64,000 nucleotides of DNA from Alphaproteobacteria bacterium (GCA_009694045.1 SHVY01000009.1:5088-69087); one strand, 5' to 3'; counted from the first letter of the stretch, positions 29,711-40,508 are shown. A program made the numbers and translations. The notes: generated by a model not told the origin, from the letters alone.

Positions 29711-30999
29711 TCGGCTTCGGCTACCGCGCCGGCGTCCTGCACGCCGAGGACGTGCCGATTCCAACGCTGGCGGCGGCGGTCGGGACGCCGTTCTACTGCT
29801 ATTCGACGCGCTGCCTGGAGGCCAACTACGACGCCTTCGCCGCGGGCTTCGCGGCGCAGCGCCTGCCGGTCCACATCGCCTATGGGATCAAGGCCAACGA
29901 CAACCTGGCGGTGATCGCCACCCTGGCGCGCCGTGGGGCCGGCGTGGACGTGGTCTCGGGCGGCGAGGTGCGGCGGGCCCTGGAGGCGGGGGTCGCCGCG
30001 GATCGCATCGTCTTCTCGGGCGTCGGCAAGAGTCGCGACGAATTGATCCTGGGCCTGGAGACCGGCATCCGTCAGTTCAACGTGGAGTCCGAGGGCGAGC
30101 TTGCGCTTCTGAACACGTTGGCGGTCGCCATGAAGGCGCGGGCGCCGGTCGCGCTGCGCGTGAACCCGGACGTCGATGCCCGCAGCCACGACAAGATCAC
30201 CACGGGTCGCAAGGGCGACAAGTTCGGCATCGCCTTCGATGCGATCACGGAGGTCTATGCGCAGGCCGGGAGCCTTCCCGGCATCGAGCGGCGCGGGCTC
30301 GCCTTGCACATCGGCTCGCAGATCACCGATCTGGCCCCCTTCCGCGCCGCCTTCGGCAAGATCGTCGGCCTGGTGCGGGCGTTGCGCCAGGGCGGGCACG
30401 CGGTCATGGGGCTGGACCTGGGCGGCGGGCTCGGCATCGTCTATCGCGCCGAGCAGCCGCCGACGGCCGCCGCCTACGCGGCCATGGTCGCCGACGTGGT
30501 GCGCGGCCTGGACCTGGAGCTGACGATCGAGCCAGGACGGTCGATCGCCGCCACGGCCGGCATCCTGGTGACCAGCGTTCTCTACGTGAAGCCCGCGGGC
30601 GAGAAGACGATCCTGGTGGTGGACGCGGCCATGAACGACCTGATGCGGCCGGCGATGTACGACGCCTACCATCCCGTGCGGCCGGTGCTGGAGGCCGCCG
30701 CCGCGGCGCCCCGCACCCTGGTGGACATCGTCGGACCGATCTGCGAAAGCAGCGATGTCCTGGCGCGGGGGCGCGAGATCGCCGCGATCGCGTCCGGTCA
30801 CATGCTGGTGATCGAGGCGGCTGGGGCCTACGGGCGGGCCATGGCGTCGTGCTACAATAGCCGTCCATTGATCCCGGAGATCATGGTGCGCGGAGACCGT
30901 TTTCAATCGGTGCGCCGGCGGCCGACCTTCGCCGAATCGATCGCGCTGGAAGCGATCCCCGACTGGCTGGGGGCCGGATCGGCGAAGGGCGCGGCGTGA
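29707..30999 (+). CDS. lysA: Diaminopimelate decarboxylase
   Basis: YGIKAN, FSGVGK, HIGSQI, EPGR, GPICESSD, YNSRP. Confidence 0.96.
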   Translation: MIGFGYRAGVLHAEDVPIPTLAAAVGTPFYCYSTRCLEANYDAFAAGFAAQRLPVHIAYGIKANDNLAVIATLARRGAGVDVVSGGEVRRALEAGVAADRIVFSGVGKSRDELILGLETGIRQFNVESEGELALLNTLAVAMKARAPVALRVNPDVDARSHDKITTGRKGDKFGIAFDAITEVYAQAGSLPGIERRGLALHIGSQITDLAPFRAAFGKIVGLVRALRQGGHAVMGLDLGGGLGIVYRAEQPPTAAAYAAMVADVVRGLDLELTIEPGRSIAATAGILVTSVLYVKPAGEKTILVVDAAMNDLMRPAMYDAYHPVRPVLEAAAAAPRTLVDIVGPICESSDVLARGREIAAIASGHMLVIEAAGAYGRAMASCYNSRPLIPEIMVRGDRFQSVRRRPTFAESIALEAIPDWLGAGSAKGAA

Positions 31000-33383
31000 G
31001 CGCGGCCGACCACGTTCCCGCCTGGCGCTGGGCCGCCGTCCGACTGGTTCTGGTGTGGGAGATGCTGTGGCCGGCGGCGATTCCGCCGCTCGCCTGGGCG
31101 GGGCTGTTCGTCGCCGTCACCCTGTTCGGGCTGTGGACGGTACTGCCCGGTTTCGCCCATCTCGCGGGGTTGGCGGTCTTCGCGGCCGTCGTCGGACATG
31201 CCGCGTGGCGCGGGGTGCGCCGCTGTTCAATGCCCAAGACCGACGCGGTGCGGCGGCGGCTGGAGCTCGCGAGCGGCCTTAGCCACCGGCCCCTGACGGC
31301 CCTGGACGACAAGCTCGCCATCAACATCCACGATCCGGTGACGCTGGCGCTGTGGCAGACCCACCGCCGGCGCATGGCGGCGGCGGCGCGGCGCCTGCGG
31401 GTCGGCCTGCCCTCGCCCGGCATGGCGGCGCGCGACCCGATGGCGCTGCGGTTCGGCGTCGTGCTGCTGCTGTTGGTCGGCATCGCGCTTGCGGGCGAGC
31501 GGGCCGGCGAGCGGCTGGCGGCGGCGTTCCAGCCGCGCCTGGAAGGCGTGATCGCGGCCGAACCCTGGCATCTCGCCCTGTGGCTGACCCCGCCCGACTA
31601 CACCGGCGAGGCACCGGTCTGGCTCGACGCCACCGTGGCACCGGGGCCGGACCCCATCAGGGTGCCCGAGGGAAGCGTGCTTCTGGGACAGTTCGAGGGC
31701 GGGACGACGCAGCCCAGGGTGGCGATCGGCACGACCGAGGAAGCGTTCATCGCCGCCGGCACGGGACGCTACCAGATCGAGACGAGAATCGGCAGCGGCG
31801 ACCGGATCGCGATCCTGCGCGGCGAGCAGGAACTGGTGTCCTGGCCCATCGTGGTGGTGCCGGACGAGCCCCCGACCGCGGCCTTCGCCCAACCGCCGAA
31901 CCAGACCTATCGCGGTGCCGTGGAACTCGCCTACGCCGCCGTCGACGACTATGGGCTGGCGGATCTCAAGGCCGAAATCCGCCGCCCGGAGGAGCCGGAC
32001 GCCCTGCTGGCCGTGACGGTCCCTCTGCCGCGTCCGGGGGCCACCGAGGCGAAGGGGACCAGCTTTCACGACCTGACCGCCCACCCGTGGGCGGGCGTCA
32101 ACGTCACCATGCAACTGGTGGCGATCGACGCGAGCGGCCAGGAGGGCCGCAGCGTGACCGTTCCCTACACGCTGCCGGAGCGCGTGTTCGTCCATCCGAT
32201 TGCCCGCATCGTCATCGAACAGCGGCGGCGGCTGAGCGTCGACCCAGGGTCCCGGCGGGAGGTCGCCGAGCTGCTGCGGGCCCTGACGACCCAGCCCGAG
32301 GAGTACCTGGATGCCGCGGCGGTGACCCTGGGCCTTTCGGTCGCCGGCGCCCGGCTGGTGCTCGACCGGTCCGAGACCGCGATTCCCTCGGTTCAGGAAC
32401 TGCTGTGGTACACGGCGCTGGCGATCGAGGACGGGCCTCTCGCGCTCGCCGAGCAGGCCATGCGCGATCTGCAACAGCGCATCATGGAGGCCATGGCGCG
32501 CGGCGCCGACGACATGGAGATCGAGCAGCTTCTCGACCAGCTCGAACAGTCGCTGGGGGAGTTCCTCAACGAGCTGGTCAAGCAGGCGGAGAGCGAGGCG
32601 GGCGGCGAGCTCGGCGAGGACGATCCCCTGAACCAGGCGATCAACTCCGGCGAGCTGGCGCAGATGATCGAGGAAGCCCGGGAGTTGCTGCGTTCGGGTT
32701 CGCGCGAGGCCGCCCGGGCCATGCTGGCTCGCCTGCAGGAGATCCTCGAGAACCTGAAGACGGGGCGGGTTGCCGGGCTCAACCAGGGGCTGAGCAACGA
32801 AGCCTCGGCGATGTTGCAGAACCTGCGGCAGATCATGAAGGGCCAGCGCGAACTGCTGGACGAGACCTATTCCGGCCTGCGGCAGGGCGACGAGATCGAT
32901 CCCGATCGGATGAACATCGGCCGGGCCACGCAGGAATCGCTGATGCGCGGGCTGCAGCAACTCATGCAGCACCTGGGCGACGGCGGCTACGACATCCCCA
33001 AGGCGTTCAACCGGGCGGATCGGGCCATGGGCCGCGCCCTCCGCGCCCTGGAGCAGGCCATGCCGTCCCAGGCGGTCGGGCCGCAGACCGATGCCATGGA
33101 CCAGTTGCAGCAGGGCGCCCAGTCGCTGATCGAATCGTTCACCCAGCAGCTGTCCGAGGGGACCGGGCGCGACAACATCGGGTTCTTCAGCGCGCCGCGC
33201 GATCCCATGGGGCGGGCGGTGCAGGGTCAGGGGTTGGAGGATGCCGGCGACGTGCAGATCCCCGACAAGGCCTCGCTGCACCAGATCCAGGAGATCCTGG
33301 AGGAGCTGTATCGCCGCGCTTCGGACCGACGCCGGCCGACCGTCGAGCACGACTACCTGAAGCGGCTCCTTAGGCGGTTCTGA
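30996..33383 (+). CDS. TIGR02302/DUF4175 family membrane protein
   Basis: HRPLTALDD, WLTPPDYTG, DDYG, DLTAHPWAG, RDPMGR, YLKRLL; usual position after lysA. Confidence 0.9.
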   Translation: MSAADHVPAWRWAAVRLVLVWEMLWPAAIPPLAWAGLFVAVTLFGLWTVLPGFAHLAGLAVFAAVVGHAAWRGVRRCSMPKTDAVRRRLELASGLSHRPLTALDDKLAINIHDPVTLALWQTHRRRMAAAARRLRVGLPSPGMAARDPMALRFGVVLLLLVGIALAGERAGERLAAAFQPRLEGVIAAEPWHLALWLTPPDYTGEAPVWLDATVAPGPDPIRVPEGSVLLGQFEGGTTQPRVAIGTTEEAFIAAGTGRYQIETRIGSGDRIAILRGEQELVSWPIVVVPDEPPTAAFAQPPNQTYRGAVELAYAAVDDYGLADLKAEIRRPEEPDALLAVTVPLPRPGATEAKGTSFHDLTAHPWAGVNVTMQLVAIDASGQEGRSVTVPYTLPERVFVHPIARIVIEQRRRLSVDPGSRREVAELLRALTTQPEEYLDAAAVTLGLSVAGARLVLDRSETAIPSVQELLWYTALAIEDGPLALAEQAMRDLQQRIMEAMARGADDMEIEQLLDQLEQSLGEFLNELVKQAESEAGGELGEDDPLNQAINSGELAQMIEEARELLRSGSREAARAMLARLQEILENLKTGRVAGLNQGLSNEASAMLQNLRQIMKGQRELLDETYSGLRQGDEIDPDRMNIGRATQESLMRGLQQLMQHLGDGGYDIPKAFNRADRAMGRALRALEQAMPSQAVGPQTDAMDQLQQGAQSLIESFTQQLSEGTGRDNIGFFSAPRDPMGRAVQGQGLEDAGDVQIPDKASLHQIQEILEELYRRASDRRRPTVEHDYLKRLLRRF

Positions 33384-33741
33384 CGCCGCCCACCAATTGG
33401 TCGACTATCGCGCTCATGTCGACCAGGCGGTAGGGTTTCGCCACCACCCGCTCGACCAGGGCCTCGAGATTGCGCGCGCGGGCAAGCTCGGTCGTGTAGC
33501 CGGTGACCAGGACGAGCTTGACGCCCGAGGTCACCTGCGCCGCCGCGAGCGCGAGCGCGATCCCATCCATGACCGGCATGACGATGTCGGCGATGATCAG
33601 ATCGAACCCTTGCGCGGGGAGCATGGCGAGGGCGGCCGCCCCGTCGGCCACGGTGGCGACCTCGTGGCCCCGCGCCTCCAGCCAGACCGCGAGGATGCGG
33701 CGCTCGGCCGGCTCGTCATCGGCGATCAGGATCCGCGCCAT
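33370..33741 (-). CDS. Single-domain response regulator (CpdR-like)
   Basis: ILIADDE, DIVMPVMDG, VTGY, AKPY. Confidence 0.9.
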   Translation of the reverse strand: MARILIADDEPAERRILAVWLEARGHEVATVADGAAALAMLPAQGFDLIIADIVMPVMDGIALALAAAQVTSGVKLVLVTGYTTELARARNLEALVERVVAKPYRLVDMSAIVDQLVGGVRTA

Positions 33742-33748
33742 GCGTCGA

Positions 33749-34384
33749 TCAGCCGGCCGAATCGAACAGGACGATCACCTCGGTCGCGTCCTCCGGCGGA
33801 TTTTCGTAGCGATCGGAGAACGGCAGGGTAGCGCCCGGCAGCAGCCGTTCTCCGGCCGGCGCAAAGGTCCAGGAATCGAGCTCCTGCTTGGCGGCGTCAC
33901 GCAAGACGCCCCGCAGCCTGGGCGCCGCGACGGCGCGATCCGAGGTGTTTACAATCTCGCCCGAGACGACAATGACGGTGACCCCCTGGTCCTCGAGCCG
34001 TTCCATCCTGGCGACGATCTCGAGGCCGTCCAAGGGCGAGTGCGGGGCCAGGCCGATCTTGCCGTACCAGGCCTCGGCACCCGGCCAGGCGGCGATGACC
34101 CGGTCGCGACCGAACAAGGCCCCGGTCGCCGCCCCGATCACGATCACGGCCAGGAGCCCCAGCACGAGCCCCAGGCGCGTGTGCGCGCACGCCGCCAAGG
34201 GCGGCGGCGACGCGGCGGACGAAAAGGGACGCGGCGGGGGCTCGACCACCTTCGGCATGTCGTCGGGCGGCGGCTGCATCCAACTGTGGCCGCAGCGGGC
34301 GCAGCGGACCGTGCGGCCCCGCGGAACCAGCGATGCCGGGTCCAGGGAGTAGCGCGTCCGGCACGCCGTGCAGGTGACGATCAT
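33749..34384 (-). CDS. MJ0042-type zinc-ribbon / DUF3426 domain protein
   Basis: MIVTCTACRTRY...VRCARCGHSW, TM helix, C-terminal VSGEIVN domain. Confidence 0.88.
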   Translation of the reverse strand: MIVTCTACRTRYSLDPASLVPRGRTVRCARCGHSWMQPPPDDMPKVVEPPPRPFSSAASPPPLAACAHTRLGLVLGLLAVIVIGAATGALFGRDRVIAAWPGAEAWYGKIGLAPHSPLDGLEIVARMERLEDQGVTVIVVSGEIVNTSDRAVAAPRLRGVLRDAAKQELDSWTFAPAGERLLPGATLPFSDRYENPPEDATEVIVLFDSAG

Positions 34385-34406
34385 CGCGAGCGCGACCGGC
34401 TTCGAT

Positions 34407-35066
34407 CTATGCGGCGAGCACGTCCCCCGCGTAGTCGCGATAGTTCTCGATGTAGTAGCCGGCCGCGTTCGCGATCCGCTGCACCGAGGGGCGCGCCGCC
34501 ATGGCGGCGACCCACGCCTTGAGCCTTGGGCAATCGTCCGGCAGGGCCAAGCTGCGGTAGTGGGTCCACACCGGAAGGCGCTCGAAGAACGGATAATAGG
34601 CGAAATCGGCCAGGGTCGGCGTCGCCCCCAGCCAATAGGGCCCGGTCCCCGCAAGCTCGCCCAGCCCCGCGGTCTCGATGAACCGCAACTGCTCGAGGGC
34701 CTTGGCGAAGAGGGCGGGATGCCGGCCCTGGTCCCGGTTCTTGAGGAGGTCGTAATAGTTATCCAGGAACTGGTGATCGAGGAAGTCGATCCAGATGCGC
34801 ACCCGCGCCCTGAGAGCCGGGGATTTCGGCATCAGGGCGGGCATGGGGAAGACCTCGTCGAGGTACTCGTTGATGATGGCGCTTTCGTAGAGCGCCTGGC
34901 CGTCATGCACCAGGGCCGGGACCCTGCCGTAGGGCGAGACGGCGAGGAATCGCTTCGACTTGTTCTTGAAGTCGATCTCGATGTCCTCGAACGGCAGTCC
35001 CTTTTCCAGCAGAACCAACCGCGTGCGGTGGGCGTAGGGACAAACGCGGGCGCTGAAGAGCTCCAT
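34407..35066 (-). CDS. Glutathione S-transferase (omega/SspA-like)
   Basis: CPYAHR, PYGRVPAL, ESAIINEYLDE, TLADFAYYP. Confidence 0.9.
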   Translation of the reverse strand: MELFSARVCPYAHRTRLVLLEKGLPFEDIEIDFKNKSKRFLAVSPYGRVPALVHDGQALYESAIINEYLDEVFPMPALMPKSPALRARVRIWIDFLDHQFLDNYYDLLKNRDQGRHPALFAKALEQLRFIETAGLGELAGTGPYWLGATPTLADFAYYPFFERLPVWTHYRSLALPDDCPRLKAWVAAMAARPSVQRIANAAGYYIENYRDYAGDVLAA

Positions 35067-35219
35067 GGAACGCCTCCTTCGACGGCTGCTTCGATGATGG
35101 GACCACGACCATAGGCCAAATCCGCGGGCCGGCAAACCGCTGGCTGGACCTCGGGGAGGCCCCGTGCGATTGTGCGGTCGCGGCCGGCAGCGCCATGCCG
35201 GGGTGGGGGAAAGAGTCCA

Positions 35220-35900
35220 TTGGTACGGTTCCAGAGCGTTAGCCTGCGCTACGGCAATCGACCGCAGGTCCTGCGCGACGTCACGTTTCATCTCGAGACC
35301 GGATCGTTCCATTTCCTCGTCGGACCGAGCGGCGCCGGCAAGACGTCGCTCTTGCGCCTGATGTTCCTGGCACGGCGCCCGACCCGTGGAGCAATCACCA
35401 TGTTCGGCCGCGATCTGTCGAAGACGCCGCGGCATGAGCTGCCGGCGTTGCGTCGGCGGATCGGCATCGTGTTCCAGGACTTCCGGCTGCTCGACCATTT
35501 GACCGTGGTCGACAACATCGCCCTGCCGCTGCGCATCGCCGGCATCCGCGACGGGGTGGTGCGCGAGCACGTGACCGAGCTTCTGACCTGGGTCGGATTG
35601 ACCCACCACGCGGACTCGAAGCCCACCATCCTGTCGGACGGCGAGAAGCAGCGGGTGGCCATCGCCCGGGCGGTGATCGCGCGGCCGAGCCTGTTGCTGG
35701 CGGACGAGCCGACCGGGAACCTCGATCCCGATCTCGGCCTCCGGCTCACCCAGCTGTTCGCCGAGTTGAACAAGATCGGCACCACGGTGGTGATGGCGAC
35801 GCACAACGAATCGCTGGCGGTGCGGTTCCCCTTCGCCACCCTGCAGATCGCCGAAGGCCAGGTCACCCAGGGAGGGCGGCGCGTGGCGCCGCTGATCTGA
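35220..35900 (+). CDS. ftsE: Cell division ATP-binding protein
   Basis: GPSGAGKT, VFQDFRLL, LSDGEKQR, ADEPTGNLD; followed by ftsX; TTG start. Confidence 0.93.
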   Translation: MVRFQSVSLRYGNRPQVLRDVTFHLETGSFHFLVGPSGAGKTSLLRLMFLARRPTRGAITMFGRDLSKTPRHELPALRRRIGIVFQDFRLLDHLTVVDNIALPLRIAGIRDGVVREHVTELLTWVGLTHHADSKPTILSDGEKQRVAIARAVIARPSLLLADEPTGNLDPDLGLRLTQLFAELNKIGTTVVMATHNESLAVRFPFATLQIAEGQVTQGGRRVAPLI

Positions 35901-35902
35901 CG

Positions 35903-36775
35903 GTGGCGGTGCGCTGGTCCCTGCCGCTCAGCGGCGATTCCACCGACCTATTCCTGCCGTGGATCATCGGCCTGATGGTGTTCATGGCGGCGCTGGCCCT
36001 GGCCTTCGCCCTGGGACTGGGGGGCGCCATCGCCCGCTGGAGCGAGAGCCACGGGTCGGCGCTGACGATCGAGCTGCCGGCGGCGAGCGTGGCGGAGGAC
36101 GGGCGCGTCGTGGCGGTTCACGCCGTGCTGGACGACATTCCGGGGATCGCCGGCGCAATCACCCTCGGCCGGAACGAGGCCCTGAAGCTGCTGCAACCCT
36201 GGTTGGGCGAAGGGTTCGACGGCGGCGGATTGCCGCTGCCGGTGCTGATCGATGTCCAGCTCGAGCCTGGCAAGACCCTGGACCTCGAGGCGTTGCGGAC
36301 CTCCCTGTCCGCCGCCGTGCCCGACGCTCGCGTCGAAAGCCGCGAGGGCTGGCTCGCGCCCCTGATCGCCACGGCGGACACGATCCGCACCCTGGCCTAT
36401 GCCGTCGTCGCCCTGATCGGGCTGGCGGCCGTGGCGACGGTCGTGTTCACCACGAGCACGAGCCTGGCCGCGCATCAGGATGCGATCGAGCTTCTACATC
36501 TGACCGGGGCCTACGACGGGTTCATCGCCCAACAGTTCCAGCGGCAGGCCCTGATCCACGGTCTTCTCGGCGGGCTGACGGGGCTGGCGCTGGCGGGCGG
36601 GTCGTACGTCCTGGTGGCGCGGGTCGCGGCCCGCATGGCGGCACCCCTGCTTCCGCGGCTGTCGCTCGATCCGCTCGGGCTCGCGATCCTTGCCAGCCTG
36701 CCCCTGGCGGCGGCGGGGCTGGCGACCATCGTCGCCCGACTGACGGTGCTGCGGGCGCTGTCCCGCCTGCCCTGA
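35903..36775 (+). CDS. ftsX: Cell division permease
   Basis: 4-TM architecture, LQPWLG, LPLPVLIDV, IELLHLTGA. Confidence 0.88.
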   Translation: MAVRWSLPLSGDSTDLFLPWIIGLMVFMAALALAFALGLGGAIARWSESHGSALTIELPAASVAEDGRVVAVHAVLDDIPGIAGAITLGRNEALKLLQPWLGEGFDGGGLPLPVLIDVQLEPGKTLDLEALRTSLSAAVPDARVESREGWLAPLIATADTIRTLAYAVVALIGLAAVATVVFTTSTSLAAHQDAIELLHLTGAYDGFIAQQFQRQALIHGLLGGLTGLALAGGSYVLVARVAARMAAPLLPRLSLDPLGLAILASLPLAAAGLATIVARLTVLRALSRLP

Positions 36776-36789
36776 CGATCGCACCCGCG

Positions 36790-37419
36790 ATGAAGACCAT
36801 GCGACGGCATAGGGCGACGCAGGCCCGGGCTGGGCTGCGCCTACTCGCTCTTGTACGCGCGACCGCGGTCATCCTGGCGGTCGCCACGGTCGCGTGGAGC
36901 GCCGGATTTCTGTGGTTCGTCGGCGTGATCCCCATGGCCCCGGCGGCCACGGTCGAAACCACCGACGCGATCGTGGTCCTGACCGGCGGCCAGCTACGGC
37001 TGGACACGGGGATCGCGCTGCTGAAGGACGGCCGCGCCGGCAAGCTGTTCATCTCCGGCGTCCATCGCGGGGTGGACGTCGCGCAGATCCTTCGCCTCGC
37101 CGAGGAAGCACCGGACGCGCTGCGCTGCTGCATCGAGCTTGGCCATGACGCGGCGGACACCCGAGGAAACGCGGCGGAAACCGCGGAATGGGCCGCGCGG
37201 GCAGGGATTCGATCGATCCGGCTGGTGACCGCGAACTACCACATCCCGCGCAGCCGGGTCGAGTTCGAGCGGGCCCTGCCCACGGTCGCGATCGTGCTTC
37301 ATCCGGTCTTCTCCGACCAGGTTCCGGTGGGCGAATGGTGGCGCCGGCCGGGAACCGCGGCGCTGTTGGCCGGCGAGTACAGCAAGTATGTGATCGCCCT
37401 GGCGCGCGGCGGGTTGTGA
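36790..37419 (+). CDS. YdcF (DUF218) family protein
   Basis: DAIVVLTGG, LFISGV, TRGNAAE, LVTANYHIPR, EYSKY. Confidence 0.88.
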   Translation: MKTMRRHRATQARAGLRLLALVRATAVILAVATVAWSAGFLWFVGVIPMAPAATVETTDAIVVLTGGQLRLDTGIALLKDGRAGKLFISGVHRGVDVAQILRLAEEAPDALRCCIELGHDAADTRGNAAETAEWAARAGIRSIRLVTANYHIPRSRVEFERALPTVAIVLHPVFSDQVPVGEWWRRPGTAALLAGEYSKYVIALARGGL

Positions 37420-37429
37420 CGGGTTGGGG

Positions 37430-38152
37430 ATGCTGCGCTCGGCACTGTTCAGTCTGTTCGTCGTGGTCTGGGCCGTGATCGTGCCCGTGCTCGTGCTGCC
37501 CCTGTTGCTGTTGCCGCGCCGCGCCGTGGCGCTGGTGATCCGACGCTGGGCCGGCGGCATCGAATGGGCGGCCGCGACCGTGCTTGGGCTCGGCTACGTC
37601 GTGCGCGGGCGCGACAACCTTCCGGCCGGAGCCTGCGTCATCGCCGCCAACCACCAGTCGACCTGGGAAACGCTGATGCTGTACCGCATCCTCGACGACG
37701 CGGCGTTCGTCCTGAAGCGCGAACTGGCCTGGGCGCCCTTCGGTTGGTTCCCGATCCGGGCCGGCAGCATCGCGGTCGACCGGTCCGGCCACGCGGCGGC
37801 GTTGCGCCACACCATCCGCGCGGCGCGCACGGTCATCGCCAACGGCCAGCAGCTGGTGATCTTTCCCCAGGGGACGCGAACACCCCCGGGTGCGCGCCGT
37901 GCGTTTCAGCCGGGGGTCGCGGCGCTGTACCATCGGCTCGGCGTTCCGGTCATCCCGGTCGCGCTCAATTCGGGCTCGTTCTGGGGGCGGCGCGCGTTTT
38001 ACAAGCGACCGGGGAGGGTCGTGGTAGAATTCCTGCCGGCGATTCCCCCGGGCCTCGACCGCCGGCGATTCATGGCCCTGCTGACCGAGACGATCACCAC
38101 CGCCGCCGAACGGTTGACGGCGGAGGTGCCCAAGGCTCATAGTGAAACATAA
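37430..38152 (+). CDS. plsC: 1-acyl-sn-glycerol-3-phosphate acyltransferase
   Basis: NHQSTWE, FVLKREL, IFPQGTR. Confidence 0.88.
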   Translation: MLRSALFSLFVVVWAVIVPVLVLPLLLLPRRAVALVIRRWAGGIEWAAATVLGLGYVVRGRDNLPAGACVIAANHQSTWETLMLYRILDDAAFVLKRELAWAPFGWFPIRAGSIAVDRSGHAAALRHTIRAARTVIANGQQLVIFPQGTRTPPGARRAFQPGVAALYHRLGVPVIPVALNSGSFWGRRAFYKRPGRVVVEFLPAIPPGLDRRRFMALLTETITTAAERLTAEVPKAHSET

Positions 38153-38173
38153 CGGGAACGCCGGATCCCTTCC

Positions 38174-40477
38174 ATGACCACGTCGATCACACCGATCTCA
38201 TCCCAGATCTGGGACATGAAGTACCGCCTGAAGGCCCCGGACGGGACCCCCGTGGACGGCACGATCGAGGACAGTTGGCACCGCGTGGCGCGGGCGCTCG
38301 CGACTGTGGAGGCGGAGCCCGAGACGTGGGCCGCGCGGTTCTACGAGGCGCTGGCCGATTTTCGCTTCCTGCCGGCGGGACGCATCCTCGCCGGGGCCGG
38401 AACCGGGCGCAAGGTGACCCTGTTCAACTGCTTCGTCATGGGCACGATTCCGGACGACATGAAGGGGATCTTCCAGAACCTGCAGGAAGCGGCCCTGACC
38501 ATGCAGCAGGGTGGCGGCATCGGCTACGACTTCTCCACCCTGCGGCCGAAAGGCGCGCCGGTGAAGGGCGTCGGCGCCGATGCCTCCGGCCCGCTCTCGT
38601 TCATGGACGTGTGGGACGCCATGTGCCGCACGATCATGAGCGCCGGCCACCGGCGCGGCGCGATGATGGCGACCATGCGCTGCGACCACCCGGACATCGA
38701 GGCGTTCATCGCCGCCAAACGATCCCCGGGCCGGCTGCGCATGTTCAATCTGTCGGTGCTGGCGACCGACGCGTTCATGGCGGCGGTGAAGGAGGATCGG
38801 TCCTGGGAACTGGCGTTCGGCGGCACGACCTACAAGTCGCTCCGCGCCCGCGACCTGTGGGACCAGATCATGCGGGCGACCTACGCCTACGCCGAGCCCG
38901 GCGTGATCTTCATCGACCGCATCAACCGCCGCAACAACCTGCACTACTGCGAGACCATCGCCGCCACCAACCCGTGCGGCGAGGAACCGCTGCCGCCATA
39001 CGGCGCTTGCCTCCTCGGTTCGGTGAATTTGGCGCGCCTCGTGCGGCAGCCGTTCACCGAACAGGCGTCACTCGACGAAGGGGAGTTGGCCGAACTGACC
39101 GCCGTCGCGGTTCGCCTGATGGACAACGTGACCGAGGTTTCCAGATTCCCGTTGCCCGAACAGGACGCCGAGGCGAGGGCGAAGCGGCGACTGGGACTCG
39201 GGGTCACTGGTCTCGCCGACGCGCTGATCATGTGCCGGGCGCGCTACGACAGCGCCGCGGCGCTCGCCTTGACCGATCGTTGGCTCGGCGTGCTGGAGCG
39301 CGCGGCCTACCTCGCTTCGGTCGACCTGGCGAAGGAGCGCGGTTCGTTCCCCTTGTTCGACCGCGATGCCTATCTCGCCAGCGAAACGATCAAGGGGCTG
39401 GACGGTGACGTTCAGGCGGCGATTTCCCGGCACGGCATCCGCAACGCGCTGCTGACCGCGATCGCGCCGACCGGCACGATCTCGCTGCTGGCCGACAATG
39501 TTTCATCGGGTCTCGAGCCGGTGTTCGCGTTCACCTACAACCGCAACCTGCTGATGCCCGACGGCAACCGGAAGACCGAGGAAATCAGCGATTACGCCTA
39601 TCGGCTGTACCGCCGGATGTTCGGTGATTCCGCGCCGCTCCCGGACTACTTCGTTGACGCGCAGAGCCTCACCCCGGCCGACCATGTCCACATGCAAGCG
39701 GTGGCTCAACGCCACATCGACGCGTCGATCTCCAAGACCATCAACTGTCCCGAGGACATGAGCTTCGAGGCGTTCAAGGACGTCTACCTCATGGCCTACG
39801 ACGAGGGCTGCAAGGGCTGCACCACCTACCGGCCGAACGAGGTGACCGGCGCCGTCCTGGAGCTGCCCGCCAAGGCCGACCGGCAGGGCGAGCTGCCCCT
39901 GCCCCAGGCCGGCCCCCGCCCCCGCGACCCCTACGAGGCCGGTGGCGTCGTCTACATGACGCAGCCGCTGTCGCGGCCCGAGGTGCTGCCCGGCACAACC
40001 TACAAGGTGCGCTGGCCGGACAGCGAGCACGCCATCTACATCACCCTCAACGACATCGTGCAGGACGGCCGGCGCCGCCCCTTCGAGGTGTTCATCAACT
40101 CGAAGAACATGGAGCACTACGCCTGGACCGTGGCGCTGACCCGGATGATCAGCGCGGTGTTCCGCCGCGGCGGCGACGTGTCGTTCGTGGTCGAGGAGAT
40201 GAAGGCGGTGTTCGACCCGCGCGGCGGGCAGTGGATGGAGGGGCGCTATGTGCCCTCGCTGCTGGCCGCCATCGGCGAGGTGATCGAGCGGCACATGATC
40301 GACATCGGGTTCATGACGCCGCCCGAGCACCGCAAGTTCTCCGCCGAGGTGCTGGCCAAGGCGGTGGGCGAAGACAGCCCCCGCCTGAAATCCTGCCCGC
40401 GCTGCTCGCAACCCGCGCTCATCCACCAGGAAGGCTGCGACCTGTGCACCAGCTGCGGCTACTCCAAGTGCGCGTGA
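38174..40477 (+). CDS. nrdJ: Adenosylcobalamin-dependent (class II) ribonucleotide reductase
   Basis: FLPAGRI, TLFNCF, TNPCGE, APTGT, KGCTTYR, C-terminal CxxC...CxxC. Confidence 0.95.
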   Translation: MTTSITPISSQIWDMKYRLKAPDGTPVDGTIEDSWHRVARALATVEAEPETWAARFYEALADFRFLPAGRILAGAGTGRKVTLFNCFVMGTIPDDMKGIFQNLQEAALTMQQGGGIGYDFSTLRPKGAPVKGVGADASGPLSFMDVWDAMCRTIMSAGHRRGAMMATMRCDHPDIEAFIAAKRSPGRLRMFNLSVLATDAFMAAVKEDRSWELAFGGTTYKSLRARDLWDQIMRATYAYAEPGVIFIDRINRRNNLHYCETIAATNPCGEEPLPPYGACLLGSVNLARLVRQPFTEQASLDEGELAELTAVAVRLMDNVTEVSRFPLPEQDAEARAKRRLGLGVTGLADALIMCRARYDSAAALALTDRWLGVLERAAYLASVDLAKERGSFPLFDRDAYLASETIKGLDGDVQAAISRHGIRNALLTAIAPTGTISLLADNVSSGLEPVFAFTYNRNLLMPDGNRKTEEISDYAYRLYRRMFGDSAPLPDYFVDAQSLTPADHVHMQAVAQRHIDASISKTINCPEDMSFEAFKDVYLMAYDEGCKGCTTYRPNEVTGAVLELPAKADRQGELPLPQAGPRPRDPYEAGGVVYMTQPLSRPEVLPGTTYKVRWPDSEHAIYITLNDIVQDGRRRPFEVFINSKNMEHYAWTVALTRMISAVFRRGGDVSFVVEEMKAVFDPRGGQWMEGRYVPSLLAAIGEVIERHMIDIGFMTPPEHRKFSAEVLAKAVGEDSPRLKSCPRCSQPALIHQEGCDLCTSCGYSKCA

Positions 40478-40508
40478 TGGGGACTTGTTGACGGACGAAG
40501 GCCAGGCC

